DNA of 64,000 nt from Mobula hypostoma (Eukaryota). A program made the position numbers and the translations under genes. Under the pieces are notes generated by a model, which saw only the letters and a list, made by a program, of their open reading frames with translations, searched no databases and was not told where the DNA came from. The stretch covers positions 28,398,001 through 28,462,000 of the forward strand of contig NC_086097.1 in the NCBI RefSeq assembly GCF_963921235.1, read 5' to 3'. This document shows positions 34,514 through 47,445 of this stretch, piece by piece; the stretch's first letter is position 1, and every line of letters begins with the position of its first letter.

Positions 34514-35751
34514 GGGTGTCAGAAATGAATTGTTGCGACAGACCAAGTGAGGTCCCCAACAAGAAAGAATTTACAGTAAGACTGTTTTGTTCACATATAT
34601 CTATATAAAAAAAAGACTGCAGATATCAACCTAAACTGCCTATGTTCGTTGATAATTGGATGCACCATGAGGCATGAGCCGAGAACCGGCCAGGGTTGCT
34701 AGGCAATGACTTCAAGCTACACCCAAAATCGGATGCATCGTAATAACCTGTGGAGCACTAGCCTGGGGAACTGCACAGAGACTGAAACACAGCAGAGAAA
34801 TCAGACAAGTCAGTCAATCTCTCAGGGAGAGTTTTTGTAGTCCAAATAAATAAAAGAATAAACAAACAAACAAGCAGGGAAATGGGGCAAATACCTGGAG
34901 TACCTACATCAACTTATCTAATAAAGCCCCCCCCCCCCCACCGAGACATTTGATTTCTCTAAACTAGGGGGACGTTGAGAGATGGCTCAGATGCTTTGAG
35001 AGATTTAGGATTGCAAGCAATCTGACTCGGGGTTCAGAAGTGCATCAAGTAAGTACACTGATATACTGCATGGGTAACAAAGCAAATGACATCATGGGTG
35101 GATTAGGACTGACAGATGCTCAGAAAAAGCAGCACAAAACAATACAGGACTAATTCAAAGGATATTTCACAGGAAAGCAAAACGTGATACACGAAGTTGT
35201 CAGAGAGACTTCAGTTGCAGGCAAATATTTTAATAGAGGAAGCCGTTACTATGGTCAGGCAGGGTGAGAATGTTCATCAGCAACAGGCAGAACTCAGGCA
35301 CGAAAACAATGCTGAAGTAAAGCTAGAAGCTGTACAAAAAGAAGGGTACAAACAAGGTGCAGTCAGAAAGACTACAGAAAGAGGTGCCAGTAGAGCTCAG
35401 CTCAAACAAAACAGACAAGCAAAAGAAAGAGCAGGTAAGATGCCCAGTTGCAGGAAATGCAGCAAGTCTCCATTCCACATCAAAGAGCTCTGTCGGCAAA
35501 AGAAGTGAAATGACACCAATGCAATAGATTTGACCATTATAAAAGCCAGTCTCACTCAAAAGCAGTTCTTCAGGAAGTCAAAGAAGACCATGATTCAGGT
35601 GAAGAGGGAGCTTTCCTTAAGGCTCTGGATTCAAATAGACGAGGCTGGTGTACTACAGTTCAGTTGCAAAATGAGGCAGCAACATTCAAAATGGACATTG
35701 GGCATTTGTCTGTTCACAAAACTGGGGACGAAAACATGCATTACGCTACAC

Positions 35752-36967
35752 CAGCGGTCCCCAACTGCCGGGCCGCGGACCGGTACCGGGCCGGAAGGCA
35801 TGCGCTACCGGGCCGCGAGGAAACGATATGATTTGGCGATATGAATCAGCTGCACCTTTCCTCATTCCCTGTCACGCCCACTGTTGAGCCTGAACGCAAA
35901 CGAGGTCATTACCCACGCGTCATCCACGTCAGCGCGGGAAGGAGATCAACTCCTCGAGCTTGTAAATGACAGTGGGCTGAAAAGTATGTTTGACATAACA
36001 TCTCTGCCGGCATTCCGGATCAAAGTCAAGGCTAAATATCCTGAGATAGCCACGAAAGCAGTGAAAACGTTGCTTCCATTTCCAACATATCTCTGCAATG
36101 ATTGCAACGAAAACTATATTGCGGAATAGACTGGACATAAGGAACCCCTTCGAGTATCGCTGTCTCCCATCACCCCTCGATAGGACAGACTTGTTGCAGG
36201 AAAACAAGTATTCAGCCCAGGGCTCCCACTGATTCAGTGATATTGGTGTGTTGCAATGATTTTATATATTCATACGAGGAAAATATGTGCTGTGTGTTTA
36301 ATATCCAAACGTTACTTAAAATGTTATGATGCTATTCACTTATAAGTGACCTATATAACCATATAACAATTACAGCACGGAAACAGGCCATCTCGACCCT
36401 TCTAGTCCGTGCCGAACGCTACTCTCAACTCGTCCCACCGACCTGCACTCAGTCCATAACCCTCCATTCCTTTCCTGTTCATATAGCTGTCCAGTTTAAC
36501 TTTAAATGATAATATCAAACCTGCTACTGGAAGTTCGTTCAACACTTACTTCAAGCTCCTCTGATAATTGACTTATCGCTATATTCATGTGAGGAAAATA
36601 TGAGCTGTGTGTTTAATATTAAATTAGTCAGATAAACCCTTTTAGAAACGAAATTGAGTGTATTAGCCACTTATCACCTATATTCCAGTCATGATTAACA
36701 CAACCCCCCCCACCCCGGAACAGAATCACCAAAAACGATTTGCAGAAAAATATTGGCACGTGCGCGCATGCCCAAGTCACGCATGGGCACTGGTGCTCGT
36801 GCAAGTCTTCATGGTCATTGTAGTATTTCTCGGGGTAAACACAACGTATTTGACTGCTACTCTTGTCCGTTGGCAACCATCCCCCCCCCCACCCCTGGAC
36901 GGCCGGTCCGCAAGAATATTGTCAATACGAAACCGGTCCGCAGTGCAAAAAAGGTTGGGGACCCCTG
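35752..36967 (+). mobile_element. Non-autonomous hAT (Buster/Charlie-like) DNA transposon nested in the Gypsy element
   Basis: TIRs cagcggtccccaac / gttggggacccctg; 8-bp TSD cgctacac/cgctaaac with central TA; transposase C-terminal remnant QLLELVNDSGLKSMFDITSLPAF..KYPEIATKAVKTLLPFPTYLC; carries a CR1 tail at ~36355-36530(-). Confidence 0.9.
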
Positions 36968-39900
36968 CGCTAAACTAAACAAAGAAATTGCTAATGGGGC
37001 CAGGGAAACATAAGCTCACTGTGAAAGGAATATTTACTACTTCCATCCATAAAAATAAGAAACAGTTAAAATGTCTATGTTGTTCAGAATTTCTTCTCAC
37101 CACAGCTGGAATGACATACCATCCAGAAACTGAACCTCAGTGCAAGGGTGGATTCACTAAACAATGTTCAGTGACAGGAGAAGTACCCGGAGGTCCACAG
37201 GCCCAGGGGTACTGAAAGAAGAGTACCTTATCCAACTGAGGACAAGAGTGATACTCTACTCTTTGACCACAGTGAGGTGTATACCAGACCCATTGATGAA
37301 CAAAGCCAAAGCTGAGCTTGAGAGAATGGAGGCGCTTGACATTATAACTAGAGTGAATGGACTTACTGACTGGAGTGCGGGCATTGTTCCTGGTCCCAAG
37401 CCAGATGGCACAGTGAGGATCTGTGTTGATCTAACAAAATTGAATAATGCAGTGAGGCAGGAGAAGTTTATTCTGCCATCTGTTGAGCACTCAATGGGTA
37501 TGCCGGGTGGAGCAAAGTTCCTTATCAAACTGGATGAAAACTCAGGGTTTTATCAGGTCAGTTTAGTTGCTGAGTCACAGAAACTAATAACCTCTAACAC
37601 ACCATGTGGATGCTATGCCTTCAAGAGACTTCCTTTTGACATCTCATCAGCTGCTGAAATCTTTCAGATAAGGATGCACTAAATTTTGGAAGGACAGGAA
37701 GGAGAAGTCTGCCACATGGACGATATACTCAACTTCAGAGGCTCCGCTGAGGAACATGACAAAAGAGTGGAAGCTCTTGGAGAAACTAAAACAGACTGGA
37801 ATCACCTTGAGCAAAAAGAAGTGTAAATTTTCAAAGTTAGAGGTGAAGTTTTTAGGCCACCAACTGTCCTCTGAATGAGTGCAAACAGATTCAGACAAGC
37901 TAACAGAAGTTCGGAACAGGAAACAACCTATGAATGCTCCAGAGATCCACAGTTTCCTTGGCATGGTAAACCAGCTGGGAAAGTTCACTTCAGATCTGGC
38001 AAAGAAAACAAAGCCACTACGTGACATCCTCTCTCAGAGAAACATTCACCACAGGAGAAGTCATTCTCATCACTTAAAGCAGAACTTATCTCTCTGCCTT
38101 CATTGGCATTCTTTGATCTGAACAAAGCAACCAAGGTCTCAGCAGATGCCTCTTCCTTTGGCCTGGGGGAGTGCTCATGTAAAACTGCAGTGGTATATGG
38201 AAACCGGTGGCATATGCATCAGGAGCACTGACTCCTACTGTGCAGCATTACGCTCAACCCTAATGCTGGCTCTTGTGTGGGCTTGTGAACACTTCAGTTT
38301 CTACTTGATAGGCATGAGATTCCTACTTGAAACAGACCACAAGCCATTTGTCAGCCTCCTCAACTTGAAACACTCGGGTGACATACCTCCACATCTGTAA
38401 AGATTCAGAATGGGCTTATGAGATTGTATTATGACAATTAACATGTCCCCAGCAAATCTTTCACAACACTAGACACTAGGTTGAAGGTGCCATGCAAAAG
38501 TGAGTGAATGGAAGCTGACTCCACCCTCATGGAAGATAGCAACATCTACTTAGCTCAGGTACGTGAAAGCTTTCCTGCATCTCAGAGAAAACTGTGTGAA
38601 ATTCGTGCTGAGTTGAAAACAGACCAGATCTGCAGCAAGTTCATGGAATACTGAGACTATGGATGACCAGCTGTTCCAAAAGGAACTCATGAACTCAGAC
38701 CTTACTGGCTTCAAAGAGACACACTCACCATTCTTGATGATTTGCTGCTAAAGAGCTCCAGACTCATCATTTCTGCTTCTATACATGCCAAAATCATCAG
38801 TCAAATCCATCAAAGATAACAAGGCACAAAAAAATGTCACGTAAGAACAAGGCATTCCGTGTGGTGACCTGGTCTGAGCACAGAGCTGGGAGATTAAGTA
38901 AAGCAATGTGAAGCATGCAGAAAAATGCACCAAAACGAACCTCTCCTTTGCACAGACTTCCCAAACTTTCCAAGGCAAAGACATTTCTGAGCAGAAAAGA
39001 GACCAATATCTTCTCACTGTGGATTACTACCTACAGTCTTTGAAGCATCCAAGCTGTCCTCTGCATCCTCAGCAGCAGTTATACAATACCTGAAAGTTGT
39101 ATTCACTTACCATGGAATACCAGGACACTTGTGTCAGACAACGCGACACAATTCAGCTGCTCAGAATGCAAAGCCTTTGCTAGGGACTGTGAGTTCAAAC
39201 ACCAGCCATGTAATCCGTAGTACCCACAGGCAAATGGAGAAGTGGAAAGAGCAGTGCAAACTGTTGAGAGTCTCCTACTGAAGGCAAAAGACCCCTACAT
39301 TCTTGCGAATGGCTACGGTCCTTCAGAGCTGTCAATAGGCCAGAGACTGAGAGCAAGCTTACCCATCCTTCCTTCCCTTCTCTAACCTCACTTACTGGAC
39401 TTAGGCAAAGTGTGAAATTTTGAGACAATACAGTGTGATAAAAGAAAGAGCATGCATGATCTTAGACACACCTTCGTTGCTGCTCAGGAGTGGTGAAGCT
39501 GTTTGGGTTTTCTGACCAATCCCCCAAAGGATCAATAGTCCAACAGCGTGCACCACAATCGTCTGTGATCAGAACATCTCATGGTGAAACCAGGTGAAAC
39601 AGGTGAGTGCTTGTGGGCCTTCAAAGTCCATGAAAGATAGAGAAGGAATAGAGTGGCCTGATCTGTATGGTGATGATCACTTACCTGAGGTAGACACACC
39701 TGTTCAAGAATCTCCATCCACTCCAACACTTCCAGGAACCTATACCAGGGTTGTTTATCTGTCCCACCACCAGATCAGGTCACTTACACCTGTCCCACCA
39801 CAGAGATATACTCCATAGTCTAATGGCTTAAGGCAAGTGACTAAAAAGGCAGAATAATCCTCTCACTTTGCCGGGGAGTTCAGGGAGTTTACCTTGACCT

Positions 39901-40195
39901 CCTTTAGATTTAGTGGTTTTTAGAAAGAGTTCTAATGTTGAAAATATTTCACAAAATGAGACTGTTCTTAAAAAAATGTAATTGCTGAAAAAAGGGAGGA
40001 AAACAGGGAGGGACAGCGAGAGCGTTAAAACACAAAGAAAGGCAGATAATTTTGGCAATCCTTCTTTACATTTATGTAAGGAGCATAAATTACTTGCTAT
40101 GGGTAAAGTGAACTGAATTTCAGTGACTATAATTTCAATGAGGTTCTATAGACAAGAAGTACAAGTAGTTTGTCTACTTTTTCCAGAAGGAGAGA

Positions 40196-40369
40196 TGCTG
40201 TGGTAGTTGATAGTGTTACTCCTATACCACTCAGTTAGTCACTCCCACACGGGAGGAATTCACATACTGCACAAGCAGGATTGTCAGTAATGTTCAGTTG
40301 AGTGTCCTGCATGCCTGCATGCTGGTGTGTTGGTGTGCTCTGCACTATCCCTCCATATCGAACGCAACA
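40196..40369 (+). repeat. 3' LTR of the Mag-like element
   Basis: Diverged direct repeat of 34360-34513; preceded by a PPT. Confidence 0.8.
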
Positions 40370-41309
40370 ATGATCAGCAGTCAGGGTTCGATTCCTGTCA
40401 CTGCCTGTAAGCATTCTGTGTATTCTCCCTGTCACCATGGTGGGTTTCCTCCCATCATGCAGAGATGTATGGTAAGGTTTATTTATTTAGAGATACTGTG
40501 CAGAACAGTGAGCCGCACTGCCTAGTATCTCACTTATTTAACCCTAACTTAATCACAGGACAATTTACCACGACCTATTCATCTATTAACCGATATGCCT
40601 TTGGACTGTGCGAGAAAAGTGGAGCACCCAGAGGAAACCCACTTGCTTGCGGAAAGAACATTCAAACTTTTCACAGAGGACACCGGAACTGAACTCCAAA
40701 CTCCAATACCCCTAGCTGTAATAGCATCCCGCTAACCGCTAAGCCACCCTGGTGCCCCAAAGAACGCTGGCCATGATGGAATGGCAGGGCAGACTTGATG
40801 GGCCAGATGGCCTCATGCTGGTTTGAGGTCTCATGGTGTTATGGGGATTGGAGCACTTGGGGGGGGGGGGAACACGTTGAGAAATGAATGTGGAAGTGTC
40901 ACTCAAACAGCACCGAAGGTCAGGGTTGAATCCAGGTCTCGGACGTGCAAGGTAGCATCTCTACCTGCTGTTCCACTCTGCTACTAAGGTTATTAAGCTG
41001 TGTTGGCGTTAGAAATGTCACAACATTTGCAGGTCACCCCCCCCCCACCCATACAATGACGCATTTCACTGTCTGGTTCCATGTATAAGCGACAAATAAA
41101 GCAAATTTTTATCTTTATCAGTGGCAGACAGAATTTAATCCAGACAATGATGAGGTAATGCACTTTGGAAAGTCTAATTCCAGGAGGACATACTGAGGTA
41201 ACAGCAGGGACCTAATGAGTATCGAGAGGGACCTTTTGTTGCACAAATTGTTTATTTTTCTGCATATTGGATGTTTGACGGTCTTTTTTAAAATGAGTTC
41301 TATTCGGTA

Positions 41310-41420
41310 ACATACATCAAAGTTGCTGGTGAACGCAGCAGGCCAAGCAGCATCTATAGGAAGAGGCGCAGTCGACGTTTCAGGCCGAGACCCTTCATCA
41401 GGACTAACTGAAGGAAGGTA
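41310..41420 (-). mobile_element. 111-bp Penelope 3'-terminal insertion (hammerhead plus tail) with an 11-bp TSD
   Basis: Near-identical to 12908-13015; flanked by tctattcggta at 41299-41309 and 41421-41431. Confidence 0.88.
41370..41405 (-). ncRNA. Minimal type I hammerhead ribozyme, intact core
   Basis: Minus strand AGTC-CTGATGA-AGG GTCTCGG CCT-GAAA-CGTC^GACT. Confidence 0.85.
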
Positions 41421-41824
41421 TCTATTCGGTATCTTTGTTTTGTGGCTGCCTGTAAGGAGACTAATCTCAAGGTTGTATATAGTATACATACCTAGATAAT
41501 AAATATACTTCGAACTTTGAAATACATACTTCCCTTGAGGTGGTGGTACCAATGGATAAGGTATTGAAAAGGGTATTTACTTGTCTTCCTAAACAGCGGA
41601 TTGAGCACAACGGCTGGGAATTGGAACCAGCGTCTCTAGCGCTGTGAGGCGGTGGCTTTATGAACTGTACCACTGTGACAGCTTTGAACTTACCTGCCTA
41701 CCTATTCGCCTTCCTGGATTCATTCCAACAGTGTCACACGTGCCAAGATACAATGAAAAGCTTGTCCTGCATACAGAGCAAATCATTACACAGTGCATTC
41801 AGCCAGAATGAAGTAAAATAATAA

Positions 41825-42562
41825 CATAGGTACATAGAAAAACCTACAGCACAATACAGGCCTTTCGGCCCACAATGCTGTGCCGAACATGCCCTTACCT
41901 TAGAAATTACCTAGGGTTACCCATAGCCCTCTATCTTTCTGAGCTCCATGTACCTATCCAGGAGTCTCTTAAAAGACCCTATCGTATCTGCCTCCACCAC
42001 CGTCACCGGCAGCCCATTCCACGCACTCACCGCTCTCTGTGTAAAAAAAACTTACCCCTGACATCTCCTCCGTACCTACTTCCAAGCACCTTAAAACTGT
42101 GTCCTCTCATGCTAGCTATATCAGCCCTGGGAAAAAGCCTCTGACCATCCACACGATCAATGCCTCTCATCATCTTATACACCTCTATCAGGTCACCTCT
42201 CACCCTCTGTCGCTCCAAGGAGAAAAGGCCGAGTTCACTCAACCTATTCTCATAAGGCATGCTCCCCAATCCAGGCAACATCCTTGTAAATCTCCTCTGC
42301 ACCCTTTCTATGGTTTCCACATCCTTCCTGTAGTGAGGCGACCAGAACTGAGCACAGTACTCCAAGTGGGGTCTGACCAGAGTCCTGTATGGAAGAACAT
42401 TGTATCATTTCTTAATGCATGCATTACTAAACGACAATAAAAGAGGACTGCGTGTCCTCATAATCTAATCTAATCTAATATAGCTGCAACATTACCTCTT
42501 GGCTCCTAAACTCAGTCCCATGATTGATGAAGGCCAATGCACCGTATGCTTTCTTAACCACA
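41825..42562 (-). mobile_element. CR1 3' fragment with a short (TAATC)n retroposon tail inserted at ~42390-42480
   Basis: ORF 42027-42365(-) [28 protein letters not shown]; insert ends gaggactgcgtgtcctcataatctaatctaatc. Confidence 0.9.
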
Positions 42563-43654
42563 GCAATGCAGAATAAAGTGTAAAAACCACCAGGAAAGTG
42601 CAGTGCAGGTAAAGCAAATGCAAGGTTATAATGAGGTAGATTGTGAGGCCAAGAGCCCGTCTAAGTGGTCAAGAGGTCCATTCAAGGGCCTGGATACAGC
42701 GGGATAGAAGCTGTCCCTGAGCTTTCAGGCTTCTGCCCAAAGGGAAAGGGGAGAAGAGAGAATGTCCGATGTTGGGGGGGGGGTATCTCTGATTAGGTTG
42801 GGTGCTTTACTGAGACAACGAGTACAGACAGAGTCCATGGAGTGGAGGCATTTCCTGCGATATGTTGAGCTGTATCCACAACTGTCTGCAGTCTGTTGTG
42901 GTCACATGCAGAGCAGTTGCCATACCAAGCCCTTCTTCATCCGGACAGAATGCTTTCTATGGTGTATCTATAACAATTGGTAAGAATCGACAGCGAACTG
43001 CTGAACAACTTCAGCCTCCTAAAATTTTGCTTGTAATCCAGTTTTGTTTTTAAATCTCATTGTGGATGAACATTCGTTCCATGGGGCCGGTAACACAATC
43101 ACCTGGGCTGTGTCAGTAGCTGTGGGATTATTGAAGTGAATCATAAATTCCAAAGTACAACCTGAAAAAAGAAGCGTAGTTAGCAATCATTGAAGATGAT
43201 TCTTCTTGTATGATGTGGTAATGTTTATCTTAGGCGTTGGCCTTGCAGCAAGGGGAGGACTCTGTCTGAACATAGAACATAAAACTGTGTGGAGGCTTCT
43301 TGCCAGATCCAACACAGCAACTGTGTAAGCGAGGGTCTGTTATGGACTCTCCCACCCTCTCACCTGGTCGGGTGAAAATGTGCACTTTGTGAGAGCCTGC
43401 GTGTAAATTATGTTCTCTAGTTAATGAAAGGTAATGCTAGATCCAAATAAGATTTTAACTTCTCTAACTCTGCCCTGTTCTTTGGAGTCTGTGTTGCTGT
43501 GGTCATCGTTTGGTCTATGGGAGTTACCGGTAGTTTACTGATTTACAGATATGGAACTAGTTGCCAGAGGAAGAACAAGTACAATAGCAACATTTAAAAG
43601 AGATTTGGATAGGAATTGCCCGACAATAATTAGGCTCCTGAATGGCATTGGGAG

Positions 43655-43958
43655 GGGACGCACGGCAGTGTAGCAGTTAATGCAACGCTATTACAGCTCG
43701 GAGCGTCGAAGTTTGGAATTCCGTTCCAACATTGTCTCTAAGCCGTCCCCATGAAATACGTGGGTTTCGTCTGGGTGCTCTGGTTTCCTCTCCACTGTCC
43801 AAAGACGTACCGGTTAGTAGGCCGACTGATCATTGTAAATTGTCCTGTGATTAGGCTAGGATTAAATCGGGGGTCTCTAGGTGGCGCGGCTCATAAGGCC
43901 AGAAAGGCCTATTCCACGCTGTATCACAGGTAAATAAATAAACAGATAAATAAATAGA
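43655..43958 (+). mobile_element. tRNA-derived SINE with (TAAA)n tail
   Basis: gtgtagcagttaatgcaacgctattacagc head; ctctggtttcctctccac core; taaataaataaa tail. Confidence 0.75.
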
Positions 43959-44004
43959 ATTGATCTGGGTTCCTTAAGGTTGTTATAGCTGGGGCGGGGG
44001 GGAG

Positions 44005-44532
44005 GTGGTGGTAGTGGGGATAGGATCCAACTACCTAATATATGCTGCCACGGGCATGCGCCTCAAATAGCCTCTGACAACTCCCTGCCTTCACATTTGC
44101 TTTAGCTGCTAAACCCGGCAGAACCATTTCTGCTGACAGGAGAAGGGGCAAAGGTGTTACTGGCACCTTAAAACCAGTCGCTTCAGGCAGATGGGGCTCG
44201 TCAGCGGCAGTTGGCAGCTCATTTAGGAGAAGGAAAACTCTGATCTCAGACCTCTGCTGCCTTGTGGCTATACCCAGTCACGGGGAGGGCTTCAGGAGTA
44301 AGTCCTGAGGGGAGAAATCCCGAAGGCAGTCCTGCATTGAGTTCAACGCTGACTGGCAACTCCTACAATGCCGCTAGTGCCAAACTGTATTGGTCTCTGC
44401 TATTCCTTTGGATTCATTTGCTGTGTGGAGAGAGGAGCCTGCCACGTTTACATCTTGCTTTCCATATTGTACTGCCCTGGCTTGCATATCATATAGACAG
44501 CTAGGGTGCAATAACCGTGGTTAACCCCATCC
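44005..44532 (+). mobile_element. ~530-bp non-coding interspersed element flanked by a 14-bp direct repeat, possibly derived from an RTE 5' UTR
   Basis: ggggcgggggggag (43991-44004) / ggggtgggggggag (44533-44546); ggagaaggaaaactctgat... resembles RTE/BovB-type 5' UTRs from memory only. Confidence 0.5.
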
Positions 44533-44919
44533 GGGGTGGGGGGGAGCTCAAATCTGCTTCTACAGTCTACAGACTCACTTTCAAGGACTCTTTAAACTTA
44601 CAGTCTCAGTATATCTTCGTTTGCACAATTTGCCTTCTGCACGTTGGTTGATTGATATGTATAGATTTTTTGTAAATTCCATTGCATTTCTTTACTTTCC
44701 TGTACGTCCCTGCAAGAAAAAGAATCTCAATGGTGATATACATGTAGTTCGATAATAAATTTTACTTCGAACTGTGAGTTTTGAGGAAAGGTTTAGAGGA
44801 GCTGTGGGTCAAATGCAAGAAAGTGGGATCAGCCATTTCCTTCATCAGGCAGGAGCTACAGATACCTGAAGATCCACGTCTCAAGACTCATCACCAGCTT
44901 CTTCTCTACTACCATCAGC

Positions 44920-45705
44920 AAGGGAGATGAGGCTGAGTACAGGGCTATGGTAGGAAACTTTGTCACATGGTGTGAGCAGAATTATCTGCAGCTTAATGTG
45001 AAAAAGACTAAGGAGCTGGTGGTAGACCTGAGGAGAGCTAAGGTACCGGTGACCCCTGTTTCCATCCAGGGGGTCAGTGTGGACATGGTGGATGATTACA
45101 AATACCTGGGGATACGAATTGACAATAAACTGGACTGGTCAAAGAACATTGAGGCTGTCTACAAGAAGGGTCAGAGCCGTCTCTATTTCCTGGGGAGACT
45201 GAGGTCCTTTAACATCTGCCAGACGATGCTGAGGATGTTCTACGCATCTGTGGTGGCCAGTGCTATCATGTTTGCTGTTGTGTGCGGACACCAACAGAAT
45301 CAACAAACTCATTCATAAGGCCAGTGATGTTGTGGGGATGGAACTGGACTCTCTGACGGTGGTGTCTGAAAAGAGGATGCTGTCCAAGTTGCATGCCATC
45401 TTGGACAATGTCTCCCATCCACTACATAATGTACTGGGTGGGCACAGGAGTACATTCAGCCAGAGGCTCATTCCACCGAGATGCAACGCAGAGCGTCATA
45501 GGAAGTCATTCCTGCCTGTGGCCATCAAACTTTACAACTCCTCCCTTGGAGGGTCAGACACCCTGAGCCAATAAGCTGGTCCTGGACTTATTTCCTGGCA
45601 TAACTTACATATTACTATTTAATTATTTATGGTTTTATTACTATTTAATTATTTATGGTGCAACTGTAACGAGAACCAATTTCCCCCAGGATCAATAATG
45701 ACTAT
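44920..45705 (+). mobile_element. Rex1/Babar LINE 3' fragment
   Basis: WCEQNYLQLNVKKTKELVVDLRR...YKYLG...KKGQSRLYFL; NVSHPLH...RKSFLPVAIKLYN; tail gatcaataatgactatga. Confidence 0.9.
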
Positions 45706-46002
45706 GAGATTCTTAAGCAACCCGAAAAAAATGATGCGGCCTAGCCAGAGTTTTATAAATCTGCAGCACCATATTCTGACTCTTAGCAAAGACAGGCTTG
45801 AGGTTATGCTTTTCTCTGTATGGCTTGACTTCAAAGAAACTTGTGAGATGCGACTGGTGACTAGGACGCAGTTACTAGAATGAGGCCAGAATTAAATAAT
45901 TTGGTGAATTGTATCATCCTGGGTTGAGCTCCTACAATGGGTTATCTTGGTCTGATTGAGGCAATGAAGCAATTACTGTGATTGGTCCTCCAAGAGACAG
46001 AC

Positions 46003-46545
46003 GATTCAGATTCAGATTTCGTTATCACATAATACATTGAAGCATAAAGTGAAATGCACCATTTGCAATAATAACCAACACACGTAATGTTGTGCTGGGG
46101 GCATCTTCCAAGTACTGCCACACGTTCTAGCATCAACACAGGACAAACAACAGAGGACACAATAAGCAACAAAACAACAAAAGCACAACAAGCCCCTTTC
46201 CTCCCACTCACCCACCCACATGGACAGTTCTCCAGCTTGAGGACAGACCTCCAGTCTCCAGGCTTCAGTTATCACACTGCAACTTCTGGAATTCCCATCG
46301 ACCTTTGGGCTTCAATCTTGCATATTGACCCCTGGACTAGCCGATGACAGGACACTGAACTCCAGGCCTTGAACTCTGGGCACTGTATCACTGGTGCTCG
46401 TGTCTCCTCGTGCCTCCTGATCACGTGGATCCCGGGGCAGCGTGACATCCACTGATGCCCTTCGTCACATCTCCATGCTGCTGGACTCTGAGTGTGGAGT
46501 GAAGGCCTGACCTTTAATTCCTCCACATCCCTGTCCCCAAAACTT
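46003..46545 (-). mobile_element. Non-coding retroposon (inverted) with (TCAGAT)n tail
   Basis: gattcagattcagatttc tail followed by a body shared with the SINE 3' ends in this window. Confidence 0.55.
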
Positions 46546-46624
46546 TCCTTCCGTCTAGTCTACCAAAGATCATCCCTTTCTCCAAGTTACCCTACAATAT
46601 GCCCACTTCTTCTCCAAATTCTCT

Positions 46625-47445
46625 GAAGTCTGCAGAAGAGCTTAAGACAGATGAGAAGAATGGGCAAGGAAGTGACAGATGAATATAGTGTAGGGCAGTG
46701 TATGGTCACGCACTTTGGAGTAAAGGCAGAGAGTATTTTTCTAAACGAGAAGCAAATTCAGAAATCGGATTTTGAAAAGGACTTGGGAGTCCTCGTACAG
46801 GATTCCATAAAGGTTAACTTGCAGGCTGAGTTAGTGGTAAGGAAGGCAAATGCAATGTTAGCATTCATTTTGAGAGGAATAGAATGTAAAAGCAAGGATG
46901 TATTGCTGAGTCTTTATAAGGCATTAGCCAGACTGCACTTGGAGTATTGTAAGCAGCTTTGGGCCACATAACTAGGAAAGAATGTGCTGGAGAAAGTCCA
47001 GAGGAGCTAAACAAGAATGATTCCAGGAATGAAAGGGTTAACATACAAGGAGTGGTTGATGGCTCTGGGCCTTAGAAGAATCGGGGGAGGATCTCACGGA
47101 AACCTATCGAATATTGAAAGGCCTTGCTAGAGTGGATGTGGAAAGGATGTTCCCGATAGTTGGAGTGTCTAGCACAGCCTCAGAATCGAAGGACACCCCC
47201 TTAGATCACAGATGAGGAAGAATTTCTTCAGCCAGAGGGTGGTGAATGTGAGGAACTGATTGCCGCAGGTGACTGTGGAGGCCAGGTGAATTGTATATTT
47301 AAAGCAAAGGTTGATAGGTCCTTGATTAGTAAGGACGTCAAAGATTATGGGGAAAAGGCAAGGGAACGGTTTGAGAGGGATAATAAATCAGCAAATGGTG
47401 GAGCTCACTCAATAGGTTGAATGTCCTAATTCTGCCCTTGTGTCC
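46625..47445 (+). mobile_element. CR1 RT C-terminal fragment
   Basis: EKDLGVLVQD...KANAMLAFI...LARLHLEYC. Confidence 0.88.

Larger units (their letters stand above)
34360..40369 (+). mobile_element. Old Ty3/Gypsy LTR retrotransposon (probably Mag clade), heavily degenerate, inserted into a tRNA-SINE
   Basis: Short LTRs 34360-34513 and 40196-40369 (TG..CA); 5-bp TSD gtgat/atgat; PBS-like gggtgtcagaa at 34514; PPT agaaggagaga at 40185-40195; gag FERFRIAS...QVSTLIYCMG; RT WSAGIVPGPKPDGTVRICVDLTKLN...KLDENSGFYQ; RH ADAS, ETDHKP; IN remnants (VDYY, VSDN, NGEVERAVQT) after RH. Confidence 0.88.

Noticed and set aside
44080..44145. CPEB3/HDV-like look (ttcaca loop, hairpin, ctga, closing stem)
   Set aside because: No convincing P1 or P3 helix; fits simple nested hairpins better
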